A DNA stretch of 64,000 bases from the NCBI GenBank assembly GCA_965645245.1, contig OZ287084.1, positions 682,001 to 746,000 of the forward strand, in the 5' to 3' direction. This DNA comes from Massalongia carnosa. Its lineage: Eukaryota. A program made the translations under genes and the position numbers. The notes under the pieces were generated by a model. That model searched no databases, was not told where the DNA came from, and was given only the letters and a program-made list of their open reading frames with translations. This document shows positions 11,985 to 26,600 of the stretch, in pieces; the first letter of the stretch is position 1, and each line of letters begins with the position of its first letter.

Positions 11985-14254
11985 TTACTGGCCCATCATG
12001 ACAGTCTGCACGTCGAAAATCTCGTTCCTCCACCCCTGTCCGGACTTATCATCCACCTGCTCACCCGCCCTCCTCGCTTCCTCTTCATACAGTTTGACCA
12101 CGCTGCCGGGTGCATATACTCCGTTGAAGATGCCTTTGCTAGGTTTTATGCCAACAGCGGTATAAACGTCTGGGTCATCCTCGGGTGTCAGGCGCGTGAT
12201 GATGGCCTTGATGAACGTGCGCACATCCTGCGGGTCTGATATGCGGGTCGCCCGTAGGCGCTCGCGCGCGTAGAGCAACTCGCGATTGGCGGCGTGAATC
12301 CCGTCGGCGATGGCGGCGGCTAATTGCTTCTGCAGCACAGTGCGAACAATGGGCCGGAGCAGTGGCTTGATGAGCCACGCAATCCAAGAAAACTTGCTCT
12401 TACGGAGTGTATATGACAGCTTGTGTACGTGCACACGGACGGCCTTGAGGGTGAGGATCTGCTCAAGTTTTTCCTTGCCAATCTCAACGTCGAGGGCGAT
12501 GTCGATGCCGCGCTCATCGAGCTGAAACGATGCGATGCCTTCGTCGGCAAGGCGGAAGATACCAGAATGGGCGCGGAGCCAGAAACCAACCTCATCTGCT
12601 CGGACGGAGAGACCGTCAACTTTTATGGTGACCAAAGAAGTTGTCGAAGATGTGGTGCGGAACCTGGCCTTACGAATTTCGAGATCATTATAAGTTTCTA
12701 CACGAAGTTTATAAGGGAAGAAGGAGGTGTTATTAACGGTGCGGCCCGGTTCAATAATAAGATTTTCAAGGAGGAGATCAATCTCAGGGACTGATATTTC
12801 GAGGCGAGGGATAGGTATGTACTGAATAGTTTGAATAAGGAGGGGAAAGAAGATGTGAATAAAGTCTTGAATGAGTTCTCTATTGGTGATAGAATGAACA
12901 GGAGAGAGAATGTTCAAGATCTTAGACGACGTGGAGATAAGCTTCGAGAAGTCATCGTCTTCAATTACCGATCGAAAGGTGATCTGGAGCTGAGAAAGAA
13001 CATCGTCGATATCATTCCGTAGAGACGATTCATTATTGACCTGTTTAGCCTTATCCCGAAGTTCTTGAATTTTCCTATCGGCCGACTCAAAGAAGTCGGG
13101 GTCTGTTAGCAGCTTCTGAACAGAGTTGCCTACGTCCATCATGAGATGTTCAAACTCCGGGTCTTTCTGCGAATGTTTCAAAACCTTGTTAGATTTCTGT
13201 TCCAGTAACTCCCATTGCTTCGGGTCACCGAAAGAGCTCAGTAGAGACCAAAGATTCTTAGCAGCACGGTCTAGCTCAGGGTTTGTGTTCACATCATCTT
13301 GGGCAGTGCTAATGGTCTGGTCGAGTGCTTGAGAATAAACCAACGCATAACGCTTAATAAGTAACCCTATCGTAGAGACCGAGTCGGAATAGTCGTTTCG
13401 TTTACGGAGCTTTATAATAGCTTCCTTCAGACGGTAGAGGAGAGTTTCTTTCTGGTCACCAGACACGTTGCTGCGTAGACTGAAATAGGCATCCTTTCCA
13501 GTCTTGGCAAGTCCGTTCCCGACGACTTTAGAAACATCGGCAACGCCATTTTCAAGATCTTCGGATGTTGGCGGAGGGCCTTGCTCTGATCCAGGTGCTT
13601 GAATCGCCTTTACATCTTGCTCAGAGGGTTCCAACTTCTTACCAGCTTCCTCGGCAACCTCTGAGAGAGAGAATGCCGTATCTGCGAATACTTGTCGTCC
13701 AATCGTGCTAAGATCTCCCAGGAAAAGGCGGAAGTCGGAATTCGTCAATAGCAAGTTACCAACCGTACGCAAGCTCTCATATGCTAGAAAATTTCAGTCT
13801 TAAAAGTCTTACCTAAACCGCACCACATACCTGCTTTGGCATCTGCTTTTGCCTTGACTTTGGAAGCTGTATTAACCAGATCTTCCGTGTCCAGCGTGAT
13901 TCTTGATTTGGAAAGAAACCAGATGAAATCTTGGATTTGATCATTATCGTTCTTGTGCCGTATGGTTTCAATGAACTCGGTGAGCCACTGCTTAGAATAT
14001 TTCACCAACAAGCGGCCTGAATCACTCAATTCAGGGTTTTCAGGGTTCAGGATATCTGAGGCCAAGAGCGTGCGTAAATTGATAATAAGCTGTTCCGTCG
14101 ACGGAAGGTAGCCTTTTGATAATGCCCTGAGCATCTGATAGGAATGCAGCTTCTGGTGTACCGTTCGCTGCAAGGACGTATCGTCTGCATATTGAGGGAG
14201 CAGAGCTTCAGTATCGTCACCTTTGGACTTACGGAATCCAAAGCAGGACGACAT
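11985..14254 (-). CDS. Fungal HAM1-like / BPI-like (DUF4449-type) putative lipid-binding protein
   Basis: Exons 14254-13831 and 13783-11985, 47-nt intron. Motifs HQKLHSYQMLRALSKGYLPSTEQ and YIPIPRLEISVPEIDLLLENL; beta-rich C-terminal half. Family assigned from memory. Confidence 0.75.
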
Positions 14255-15259
14255 CTTGGCGTTGCGTACTCCTTCCCTATGACTGATCGTTAGTTGCAAA
14301 GAAGTCACACAAGGGCGGGGAATGAATCTGTAACGTAAATGAGAGATTATAGATGTTCTGCAGAGGTATAACTCATCAAACTACAGAAAGATTAATGGTG
14401 TAAAGCTATGAAGATGAAGAGAGTAGAGCAGGTTTTCCTTGAAAACATAAAGAAAGTGACGTGATTTACCAACACAGAGCCTTTCCCCAGAGAGCTCCAT
14501 CACTCACGTTACGTCACTAACGTCACCAAGCTCTTGGACCCCTCCGCGCCTCCTCGGCGTAGCTAGGTAAACATGGTCGTGCGACAACATAAGAATTCAT
14601 GATGGCTCAAATTGTAGCATCTCAACTATGTTAACAAGAACCGATAATGGATCAACTCGTACAACTCATACTGAATCCTTCCTTCGAAGATAAATCAGTC
14701 CATATGAAAGTAGATAGGTAGTCCAAAGGTGCAACCTGAGTCTACGGCCAAAAGCCCCACTAAAAGCCTGGACCGCGGCAACTAAGTCAAAGCGGTTTAC
14801 TCTGTAAACACCCTAGTATTAGCTTGCTGTCGTTCAAGTTCCTGTCTCCATCGAGTACCTGCTCACGTGCAAGTTGCAGGTGTTTCGAAAAGTCAGTTAT
14901 TGACCATGTACATTCTATCATCGTCCAGGTGGCAAGTCCGTCCGTCTGCAACAGTTCCAAAAAGAGCATTGATGGCCTTGTGCAAAAGGAATTGTTGACA
15001 GCCACTCCGGGGGAAACCGGCGTCTTCCCCCACGCATCCTTGTAGTTTCTTTTCTGTTTGATAGGAAGACGCTATTGTCAAAAATTTCTTTTCCCCTAAG
15101 TTCCGTGCCTTATGACCAATGCAGAGACTTGGACGAATTTCTATTCAAGCCTCAAGAAAAAAACTCAAATATCTTTCTTGCTGTGACTTAATTAACGTCA
15201 AGTTGCAAAGCATTGCACTACAAGCTATTGTCTTCAAGCCAAAGCAATCGAGATCAGCC

Positions 15260-17238
15260 ATGTCAGTATCCATCCAGCCACCAAAGACCGGGGACTATGA
15301 TACATCCAATCCCGCCGCCGTCCGCAAGTTCAATCGAACCTATGGATTAATTCCCCCTGCTGTCGAGACTGTAGACGTGCAAGTCACGAGATGTCTAAAT
15401 CAGCTGGCACAGAAAAGCCAGGACATTGAGAAGTATCTATATTTAAGCGGTCTTCGGAACACCAATGTACATTTATTCTATCGCTTGGTCGTACAGCACA
15501 TAAAGGACATTGCCCCATTAATCTATACGCCAACGGTTGGTGATGCCTGCATACAATGGTCCCACAATTATGTCCAGCCGGAAGGTTTGTACATCTCCTA
15601 CTCTGACCGGGGAAATATTACCTCAGTCCTGCGGAATTGGCACGAATTGAACGTGAAGATCACCGTCATCACTGATGGCTCTCGTATCTTGGGTTTGGGT
15701 GATCTGGGCATCAACGGAATGGGCATTCCCGTGGGGAAGCTGGCTTTGTATGTTGGATGCGCAGGAATTAGACCAGAGGCCACCCTCCCAATCACTCTTG
15801 ATCTGGGAACTGGAAACCCAGCTTTAATAGCAGACCCGCTTTATATGGGAAGCAGACGAGAAAAGATCTCAGCCTTGGAGGAGCAGGATTTTTTAGATGA
15901 ACTGATGGAAGCACTGACACATCAATGGCCAGGGTTAGTCATTTTTTCTTACGCTCGGTTGGTGTTGAAACCGTCTTTGTGTGTTTCGAATGGCGATATA
16001 GACTCCTGGGAAACTTCGTGACGGTATTTGTCTCAGCCATAAAGTGTGCAAAGGGGGGGATTTGGTTCCATCAAAGTTGCAGCTCTTAGCTAACTTCGCC
16101 ATCACTAGCATTGTCATTCAGTTTGAAGACTTCAAGAATCCATTCCCTGCTCTCGAAAGGTACCGAGACAAATATACTTGCTTCAATGACGATATACAAG
16201 GAACTGGGGCTGTGATACTTGCTGGTATAATCAGCGCTGTGAAGCGTACCGGTATTCCTGTCAAAGATCAGCGAGCTGTTTTCTTCGGCGCTGGTAGTGC
16301 TGGGGTGGGCGTTGCTAAGCAGATCGTAGAATTTTTTACACGCGAAGGTCTGACAGAAGACGAAGCACGTCGATGCTTCTGGCTTGTGGATACGAAGGGT
16401 CTAATCACCGATGACCGAGGGGATAAACTGGCAGCCCACAAAGTTTACTTCTCTCGGGATGACAATGCCGGGAAGCAGTACAAGAGCCTTGAGGATGTAG
16501 TGCAGTATGTGAAGCCCACGATATTGATGGGCCTGTCCACCATTGGTGGTATTTTCACCCCTGAGATACTTAACAAAATGGGTAAATGGAATGAACACCC
16601 CATAATATTCCCACTTTCAAATCCTTCAGCGAATTCTGAATGCACCTTTGAGGCTGCAGTTAAGTATACTAATGGGCGAGCGCTATTTGCAAGCGGAAGC
16701 CCCTTTCCAGAGTTTGAATTTAGCGGAAAGCTCCACATCCCTGGGCAAGGTATGTAAAGATCTCTCCCTAAACCGAAACTTTGCCCAAAAATTTCAATGT
16801 TTGGTTCCGATTAAAATTTCCTTTGCTGATCCCATATTATCTCAAGGCAATAACATGTACGTGTTCCCCGGTATTGGGCTTGGGACTATTCTTTGCAAGG
16901 CGACGACAATCACTCAATCTATGATCTACGCTTCTGCAACGTCGCTGAGCACATCTCTTGCTCCAAAAGAAGTCTCGAAGGGCTTATTGTATCCAGACCT
17001 CGCTCGAATCCGGGATGTGAGTGTCATTGTGGCCACTGGTGTCATAAAAGCGGCTCAGAAAGCTGGGGTAGATCGGGAGCCATTGATCAAACACATGACA
17101 GCCGCGGAACTTGAGGGTTGGGTACGAGCTAAAATGTATGACCCATATGTAGAAACTCAAAGAGTGGAGAAGGAAGTGAACGAGTTAATGGAGGAGGGCT
17201 CAGCAAGGAGTAATGTTAATAGGGATTCGCACTTATGA
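15260..17238 (+). CDS. NAD(P)-dependent malic enzyme
   Basis: Exons 15260-15933, 16109-16749, 16847-17238; an in-frame upstream ATG lies at 15119. Motifs IYTPTVGDAC, TDGSRILGLGDLG, IQFEDF, FNDDIQGTG, GAGSAGVG, PLSNP, PGQGNNMYVFPG. Confidence 0.95.
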
Positions 17239-17665
17239 GACCTGCACGATGAAGGAGCGCGAATGTTAATCTCTTTTTTAATTGACCAAATTTCAATACT
17301 TAAGGCCTACAATTCTTACACGCCGTCGCTGTAAATGCTTAGATTATCGACTTGTTCGCAAAATACCTACTCTAATTTTTCGTTAAATCAATGCCGACTC
17401 CGCTGCGTGTCAGCCTCATAGGGCTTGGTTAGCGCATCTAGCCACCTGTATAGAACTCGGTAGCCGCTGTTCAGTAACATCCATCCTTAGTATCAAGTTT
17501 TGATGAACTTACGATTTTCTTCCTGATACCCCTTTGCGTGTTTTCATGTTTACTAAACTATCTTTGAAAGCTCTAAAATTATTACATAAGCTTTAGCTCA
17601 GGCCATATATTTGCGCAAATCGATGGACATCGCGACAACATTTTTATCTCCCAAAATAAGCTGAA

Positions 17666-20600
17666 ATGTGGAGTCGACTTATCGGTAAGGCGACCGACAG
17701 GGGAGAGGAGACAGCTTCTCGAAGCAGTGGACGTAAGGATAACGATACAACCTCTACGAGTACGCGGCGACGAGCTTCAAAGGTATCCAAATCATCACGG
17801 GGTGACGACCGTGATCAAGGCCTCAATCTTGCTTCTACAAGTTATTCTTCGAATACACGCAGCCCGTTTCTAGGTACTGCTGGCGCATCGGTCGCTTCGA
17901 GTTATGCCACAGCCTCGGCGAATAAAGCTAATGAGGAATACTTACCACCACTAGGACTGGTCCGCAATTCTACTCTTGCGGACCATATGCCAAAAGCAAG
18001 ATCCGAACACGAGCGGCGCGACCAAGACGATAGTCGTAGACAAAAGAGTAGACGGACAAGGGAGCGCTCTACCCCGAAAAATGAAAATGTGTATACAAGG
18101 AGGCAATCCATCAGTCCTCGGCGATCTGCAACCAAGAGTAGCAAAAGAGGCCAAGAACAGAACGGGGGTGATCGGACAAACGAACGGGGATTGGGTAGAT
18201 CGAAAACTGATCCTCTAGATGTAAGCACTAGGTCACCAATACAAGCTGGAGGAAGTTTCAGCGCGCAAGTCGGAAGTGCAGGCTTCGTGCAATTTCCAGG
18301 CCAGTATGACAATCCTACTTCAGGTTTCGTAGGCGGACCCACAGGCTCGAAAACGCATATCTCAGATCACGTTCCGGATCAGTTCCCTGGCCAGTTCCCC
18401 ATACAATCCACCGCCCCCTACAGACCACCATTAGCTGCGACGGAAGGCGGCCCGGGGCTTGCAGCAGATTATTATGGTGATGCTGGTCAATCAGTTGCAG
18501 AGCAGCCAGGGGTACGGCCGCATCCTCCGGCTGTGATCGTTGGAGCGGAACCCCACCTTCAACCTGCTTCCTCCATTGTAGCCCCTCCACCTGAACCGAG
18601 TGCTTCAGGCGCTGTCGGTGCGGCTGCATCATTTTTTGCAGACAGCTTCAATACCGAAGCCGAAGCCCAAGCAAACTACAGTAACACCTTGGCTAGCAGC
18701 AACAATGCGCCTGTATACCAGGAGTCTCCCAGCATGCCCTCTTCAGCTGTGCAAAACTTGAATTTGAACAAACTAGACAGCAATCACCACCCATCATCTG
18801 CTCCTACTGTACCTACATTAGGGGCAGCCGCAGCCGGAGCAGCAGCGGGATATCTGATTAGCCAGCAATCTTCTTCGCACCAGGAACACCTTGACCACGG
18901 GTCATCTGGTGGGAGAATTATATACGGTGGAATTTCATCGGCTTCAAACCCCCCGCCATCATATCAGCAACCGACCGCTCATAATGATGAGATATTCTCC
19001 GCGCAGTCTACGAGACCTGCTAAGCACTCATTCCAGCCATCTCATGCACCGTTGTATACAGCTGGTGTTGGAGGAGCGGCTGGTTTGGCAACTGCAAGCT
19101 ATCAGCACAATCATCACTCGGTCGAAAACTCTTCCTCGGGACAACATTATCAAGCAGCCCCAATGGCACAAAGACATCACCACAAAGGGCCGCTCAGTAA
19201 ATTGGTTGATTTCTTCAAAGATCCTGACGGGGTAGCTCAATTTGAAGAGTATACCGAGTTCATCGGAGTTTGTAAATATTGTTTTGAACCCAGTTCATCG
19301 CCAAGAGACGCTCCACGAAAGCATCATTATCGCCGCCGTCGATCAGATGAGCGACTCGGTAGCAGCACACGCGTAGACAAAATCCGTCGATACTCGTCTT
19401 CGGATAGCGAAACTCGGCGTAAAAATAAGAACTCTTGGCTTGCTGCAGGAATCGCAGGTTACGGGGTCGGAAAACTGGGCGAAAGCTTCTTCAATAGAAA
19501 GCATGACACGAATGAAACGAACACCCCGCAGTTCACTCGTACCCACCATTCACACAAAAATAGCTATTCCCCGGATAGGAGAAGTCATCCTTCCTACGGT
19601 GTTACTATACGATCATCAAAAGCCAAGGCAAGTCGGAGCCATTCAAAAGACCGTATCGAGACTGGCATTACTAGCGATGGTAGAACATATAAAAAAGATT
19701 ACTACGATAAAAAACCCGGTGGTCCCTCGATAACCGTTTATGACCCTCAGCGTCCTTTGAAACTACGATCCGGGTCTGGGACTGAATCACGATCAAAGCA
19801 TCGAAAGAGTGGAGTCGCTGAAGCTGCTATTGATGCTTCTGCCGGAACTTCGATCGTGGTTTCAAGCTCTAATCGTCGAAATCGTTCGCCTCAAAAACGT
19901 TTTGTGAGGTCTAAGCATGGAAGTATAGATCAAAGTCCCGCCTCAGGCTTGGAGGCTAGCAAAAAAAAGGACCCCCACCACGATCGTCTATCACGACACT
20001 CACCTTCATCTTCACGTACAGATATATCAAGAACGTCTCAGCGAATGTCAATCGAAGGACGTCAGAAGACTCATAAGAAAGACAAGAAAAGCAGGGGCTT
20101 CTTCGGTTTCGGGAATGGGTCTTCATCAATATCCTCCTCTGATGGAGACTCGACTTATCGTATCGGATCTGCCAGCCGGCGAAGCAATATTCCTGTGAAA
20201 GCTAGACAACGGGATTATCACAACGCCCAAGCCGTGTTAAACGGACTCAGCGCAGCAGCAGCAGCGCTTAATCTAAACGAAACTCAGTTGAAGAAAACTA
20301 TAAAGAAGGGTGAAATTGAAACCCGATCAAAAAGCTCTCGCCATGGTCATCATCGGGATAACATGAGTGAGAAATCGTCAACCCCATCTCATTCAGACGA
20401 GGATTTATGGGTATCCGCGTCTGAAGATGATTATGTCAGTGCTGACTCAAATCTTGCTTATGGCGGAAACATATCACGGAGCCAAGGTTCTCTGTTGTCT
20501 GAGTCTTCCGATATGAATAAATGGGGCTGGGGCTGGAGCAGCAAGAAGAAGGAGAAGGAGGCTATGAAGAAGCAACGGCACAACGGTGAAAGCGTCCTTC

Positions 20601-23600
20601 CCCCTCCAGCTGGCCCTCTTCTCGCCGGCCTCGCAGAGCAAGCTGCTCAACCACCGTTAGTCTCTGGTGGTGGCTGGCAACCTACTACGAAAACGGGCAG
20701 TTTCAGCAATGTTCCTCTTAGATACTTTCATCCGATTTCAACTTCTGATCCCTCTCGTTTCGATGCCTTGGGCCAAGGCTCAGTTATGGAATCTAGCCAC
20801 CCAAATATAAGTACTCGACTAGATCCTATCACGTTATTACATCATCCACAACCTGTAGCCCCAGTTCCCGCGGCAGTCTACAGTACTCAACCCCCTCATG
20901 ACCATTCTTACAGCGCTCCTGTGCTTCCTACTGTGTTTTCTCAGCATATGCATCAGTCGCCGCCGTTAGACGTGCATGAGCGACGTCATGATTACGTTTC
21001 TCTATCTCAAGAAAAAGTACTTGGCAGCTTCCCTCGGGTAAACCAGCCGCCTACCGGTCCCAAAAAGATGTCAGAGCAAAGGAGAAGGGCCGCTTCACCG
21101 AAAAGACGTACTGCCGACTTACCGTCCACTTCGTTTCGCTACCAAGATCCTTTTGCAAACGAGTCCTCGGTGGTTCGTTTTGAACCAACCAAAGAGCAAG
21201 CTGAAAGAGATTACCGTGAAAATCGTCGCCAGAAGCGACAGAACGAAAGCCGCCTTGATAGACGCCCGCAAGAGGAAGACCAAACGCCACATGATATAGA
21301 ACAAAAAAAGCCTAGAGGAATATCCAGTAAGCCTAAGCTAAACGGTGTCGGGCGGGAGGGTAAATCGGAAAGGAAAGGGAGATCTGAGGAAAAGGAGGAA
21401 AAGGTTGAAAATGTTGAACCTCAAATAATTGAGATTGAACCACAAAGACAAGTTTCTTGGGCGACACCTGCTATCGTTGGCATTGTTGGCGCTACTATTG
21501 GTGGGGCTAAAGAGTCGGTGCAACCTAAACCTAACTCTCGAGGCCAGGAAAGTCTAAAGCAGAAGCAAAAGGTTTACCAAGATCGTGATGAGTCGAGTAT
21601 TCACTACAACAGTCAGGCAACCGAAAAAGATGATCGCGAAAAGTCCAAAAATGTCGAAGTCCAAAATGGGTCCGGCGAAGAGAAACCAACACCGGTATGG
21701 CAAGCCGCAGCAAAAGTTAGAAGTTCTACCCATGAAGACTATGCAGCTTATTTCGCTCCCCCCGAGCTATTATCCGGATCAGATGGCCGAAGACAGGTTA
21801 TGGATGAGAATGCTGATAACGATATCATCCTCACCGAGGGGCCGGAGATCATTACTATTGAGCCAGCAAGATTTCAAGACCCTTCGCACTCACCTGCCTA
21901 CTCCTTTATACTTGATGAAGATGAAAGTGACCTTCACCTGCCCTGGGTTCCAAAGCTTAAACTCATTCCGCCAACTCCAACACCAAGCAGAGTGGGATCG
22001 CTGGTTGATGTAATTTCGCCCACTATTCAACCATCTGAAGTTCATCAAGCGGACAGTACAAGTTCCTCTAACCCAAAGACGGATCCAGAGGCAACTTTGA
22101 GGGAGCCTGCACCCTTGCCCGTTGAGGATGACTCGGACCCGTTGAAGGTGTTGCCCAAAAATCCTGAAGCTATAAAAGTGCCTGTTAATAACCATTTGGA
22201 TAGGTTGGAGCTATTGCCTGAAAGTTCCCAAACTTTATCCTTATCCGCTGATGACAATTTTGACCTATCGGTGGAGTTGCCTGGGGCTTTCGTTACGGAA
22301 CCGGTGACTTTGCCTAGCAACCAAAAAAATGACTTGAAATCACCGGATTTAGAGGAACTAGTCAACAACCTTGAACTCTCGTCTGCGGCATCGGGCCCTC
22401 AACTCGGTCCAGAAGATACAGAGTTGCCGGCTGGTAGCGATCTTGATCTTCTCGAAACCTCATTGCAAAGCCCCTGCCAAGAACCATTTGAAACAAACCG
22501 CGAGCAAAAAGCGCCATTTGGAACAGAACAACGAGGAAAGCCTGGAGTTCGAGTTACCGAATGGTTGGATACTCTTTTAGAGCCCTGTGTTGCCCCCGAA
22601 TCCATTGTAGCACCAGCTAGTGATAAGGTTGATTTGATTCACTTACCAAATGAGGAATTTATTGGTACTAAGATCGCCGAATCGCTCAGCGCAGGATCGC
22701 TCAACGTTGAACATCACATTTATCCCGAGTCGATTACAGCTTCAGCTAAGGGCGAAGTCGATATCATTGAGCCGCCAATCGAGAAATCTATTGGTTCTTT
22801 GGATGCTAAGTCGCTGGAAATAAAACCGCTAGGCTTAAAATATCAAGTTTTTCCAGAGCTTATTGCATTGCCTCTTGGTGACGATGATAGTTTAACAGAG
22901 CAACTGTGTCAAAGATCTCCTACCTCTCAAAAAATTGAATCAGTGAACGATGAATTTAAAGATCAACTCGATCATAAATTTATTGCATTACCAGATGAGG
23001 ATGATGATGATGATGGTTTGACTGATCGATTGAGTTCAAGATCTCCTGCCCTTTTGGACTCTGGGTTCATGAATGCAGCATTCAAAGATCCAATTGATTC
23101 TAAGTTTATTGCATTACCAGATAGTAACGATGATGATTCCACAGATTGGCCTAGTCAGAGATCTCCTACTCCTTCGAACGCTGAGTTCATGAATGAAGAA
23201 TTTAGAAGCCAAATTGTTCCTGAGCTTATTGCATTGCCGCAGGATGACAGTAATGATTTAGTTGGCCGACCGGGTCAAAGTCCTCATACTTCTTCGAACG
23301 CTGTGTCCGTGAATGGAGCATTTCAAGTTCAAATTGGCCCTGAGTTTTCTGCATTGCTTCCTGGGGATGGTAATGGCTTAACTGAACAATCAAGTCAAAA
23401 ATCTTGTGCTCTTTCCAATGCTGGTTCAGTAAATGAAGAACTTAGAAGTCAAATCGGACCTGAGTTTATTGCATTGCCAGATGATAACGATGATGAATTA
23501 CTTGTCCAATCGAGTCAAAGATCTTTTGCTTCTTTGGACACACCTACGAATCAAATTGATCCTGAATTTATTGCATTGCCATACGATGACGACGATGATT

Positions 23601-26600
23601 TGCTTGACCAGTCAAGTCAAAAATCTCTCACTGAGCACATGATTGAAGAGGTTAAAATTTATACCGATCCTAATCTTATTGCACTGCCAGAGGATGATGA
23701 CAAGGGTCAAAGATCTCCTGCTGGCTCCGTGAATGAAAATCTCAAAGACGTCTCTGAACCTGAGTTTATTGCATTGCCAGAGGATGACGATGATTTAACT
23801 ACCCAGTCAAGTCAAAAATCTTTCACTGAATACATGGTTGAAGAGGTTAAAAATTATACTGATCCTAAGCTTATTGCACTGTCAGAAGATGATGACGAGG
23901 GGCAAAGATCTCCTACTAGCTCCGTGAATGGAAATTTCAAAGACGTCACTGACCCTGAGTTTGTTACATTGCCTTCTAGGAAGGATGATGATTTGACTGT
24001 TCTATCAGGTCAAAGAACTTCTTCTAGATCGGTGTGTGAGGAGTTCAAAGGCAATACTGATCCTGAGTTTATTGCATTGCCATATGAGGAGGATGATGAT
24101 CCGACTGTTCAGTCGAGTGAAAGATCTTCTCCTGGATCCGTGAGTGAGAAGCTTAAAGGCAACACCGATCCTGAATTTATTGCATTGCCTTCTGGGGACG
24201 ATGATGATTTGACTGTCTACTTCAGTCAAGTATACCTTGCTGAATCCGTGACTGAAGAGTTCAAGAATCACACTGATGCTGAATTTTTTGCATTGCCAGA
24301 TGATGATGATCTAATTGTTCTTTCGAGTAAAAAATCTTCTACTGAGTCCTTGACTGAAAAATCTAACGATCCATTGTATGATCCTGAGATTATTGCATTG
24401 CCAGAGGATGGCGATGGTTTGGCTGTTCGATCGGATCAAAAGTCTTCCCCTAGATTCATGACTGAAGAGTTCAAGGATCGCCCTAATCCTGCATTTGCTG
24501 CATCGCCATATGAAGACGATTTCGATCTAATTGTGTACCCGAGTCAAGGATCTCCTCTCAAGCCTGTAACTGAAGGATTAAAAGATCACTCTGGTCCTGA
24601 GTTCATTGCATTGCCAGATAACAATGACGACGATTTAATTGTTCATCCAAGTCAAAAAACTCCTACTGAGTCTGTGACCGGAGAACTTAAAGATCAAAAG
24701 CTCGATCCGGAGTGTATTGCATTGCCACATGGGGACGATTCCGATTTGCGGAATTTGGAGTTTGAGACGTCAGTCGGGTTCCCGGGCGCCAATTTACCGG
24801 ACCCGGAATTAGAAAGCCAAATTTCTCTTGAACCTACTCCATTGTTACCAAATAGCAATGGTAGCTCATCTGATCTTTTTGGTTCGTCAAATAACAGATC
24901 TACGGGTCGTTTACAAGCCCTCAAATTAGAGGAAGCGGAACCGGGACAACAAATACGTCGTGAATCTACCGTGTTACCAATAGCTGATGACCTTCATCCA
25001 ATCAATTTGGTCGATACGGCTGATGTAACTGATTTGCATGCTTTTCCGGAGGAAAGATCTCCACACGTCTCCAAGTTAGAGGTTCTAGAATTAGAACATC
25101 AAGCTCCTTTCAAGCCTGTCATATTATTAATGAATGGCAAGACAGATCCTTTCGAACTAGCCACTACAGTTAATCCAGCTAATTCAGTGAAGGAGAGATC
25201 TGTCAGTCCTTTAAAGGGCTCCAAAACAGACAATTTAAAATCAGAGGCTCAAGCTCCACCAGAGCGTGCTCTGTTGCCAGGAGATGATGATACTGATCTC
25301 GATGAGTTTGTCACTTCAGTTGATTCTGCTGATTTGCCGAAGGAGAGATTTGTCAGTCATTCAGAAGATTTCAAATCAGGGGATATAAAATCAGAAGCTC
25401 AGGTTCCTCCAGAGTGTGTTCCATTGCCGGGAGATGGCAATACTGATCTCGATGGGCTGGTCGCTCCAACTGAACCTGCTGATTTATTGAAAGAGAGATC
25501 TGTCAGCCATCTGGAAGCCCCCGAACCGGAAATTTCAACTCCAGAACAGCAACCCCCTCCTGAATCTGTGCCGCTGCCAGCAGATATGGACATGGGTTTA
25601 GCAGATTCGGTAAACTCGGTGGACTCGGTGGATGAAAGCTCTGTTATGCCATTAGAGACCTTCAGGTCACGGAATAAGGAATCGGAAGCTTCAGCTCTAG
25701 AACAGCAAGTTCCTCTTGAATCTGCGCCATTGCCAGCGGCTAGCGACATGGATTTGACCAGCTCGATGAACTCGTTGGATGAAAGTTCTATTAGGCCTCT
25801 AAAGGCCTTCAATTTGAAGAACAAGGAATCAGAAATTCCAACTCCAGAAGAGCAAGTCTTTCCTAAATTTGTGCCATTGCTAGCGGATAGCGACACAGAT
25901 ATAGTTAATTCAGTGGGCTCGCAGAATGAAGAATCAGATATTCCAACTTCAAAAGAGCAAGTCTCTCCTGAATCTGTGTCATTGCCAGCGGATAACGACA
26001 CAGATGTAGTTAACTCGATGAGCTCGCCGAATGAAGAATCAGATATTCCAACTCCAGAAGAGCAAGTCTTTCCTGAATCTGTGCCATTGCCAGCGAATAG
26101 CGACACAGATATAGTTAATTCAGTGAGTTCGCAGAATAAAGAATCAGATATTCCAACTTCAGAAGAGCAAGTCTTTCCTGAATCTGTGTCATTGCCAGCG
26201 GATAGCGACACAGATATAGTTAATTCAGTGGGCTCGCAGAATGAAGAATCAGATATTCCAACTTCAAAAGAGCAAGTCTCTCCTGAATCTGTGCCATTGC
26301 CAGCGAATAGCGACACAGATATAGTTAATTCAGTGAGTTCGCAGAATAAAGAATCAGATATTCAAACTTCAGAAGAGCAAGTCTTTTCTGAATCTGTGTC
26401 ATTGCCAGCGGATAGCGACACAGATATAGTTAATTTAGTGGGCTCGCAGAATGAAGAATCAGATATTCCAACTTCAAAAGAGCAAGTCTCTCCTGAATCT
26501 GTGCTATTGCCTGCGGATAGCGACACAGATATAGTTAACTCGATGAGCTCGCCGAATGAAGAATCAGATATTCTAACTCCAGAAGAGCAAGTCTCTCCTG

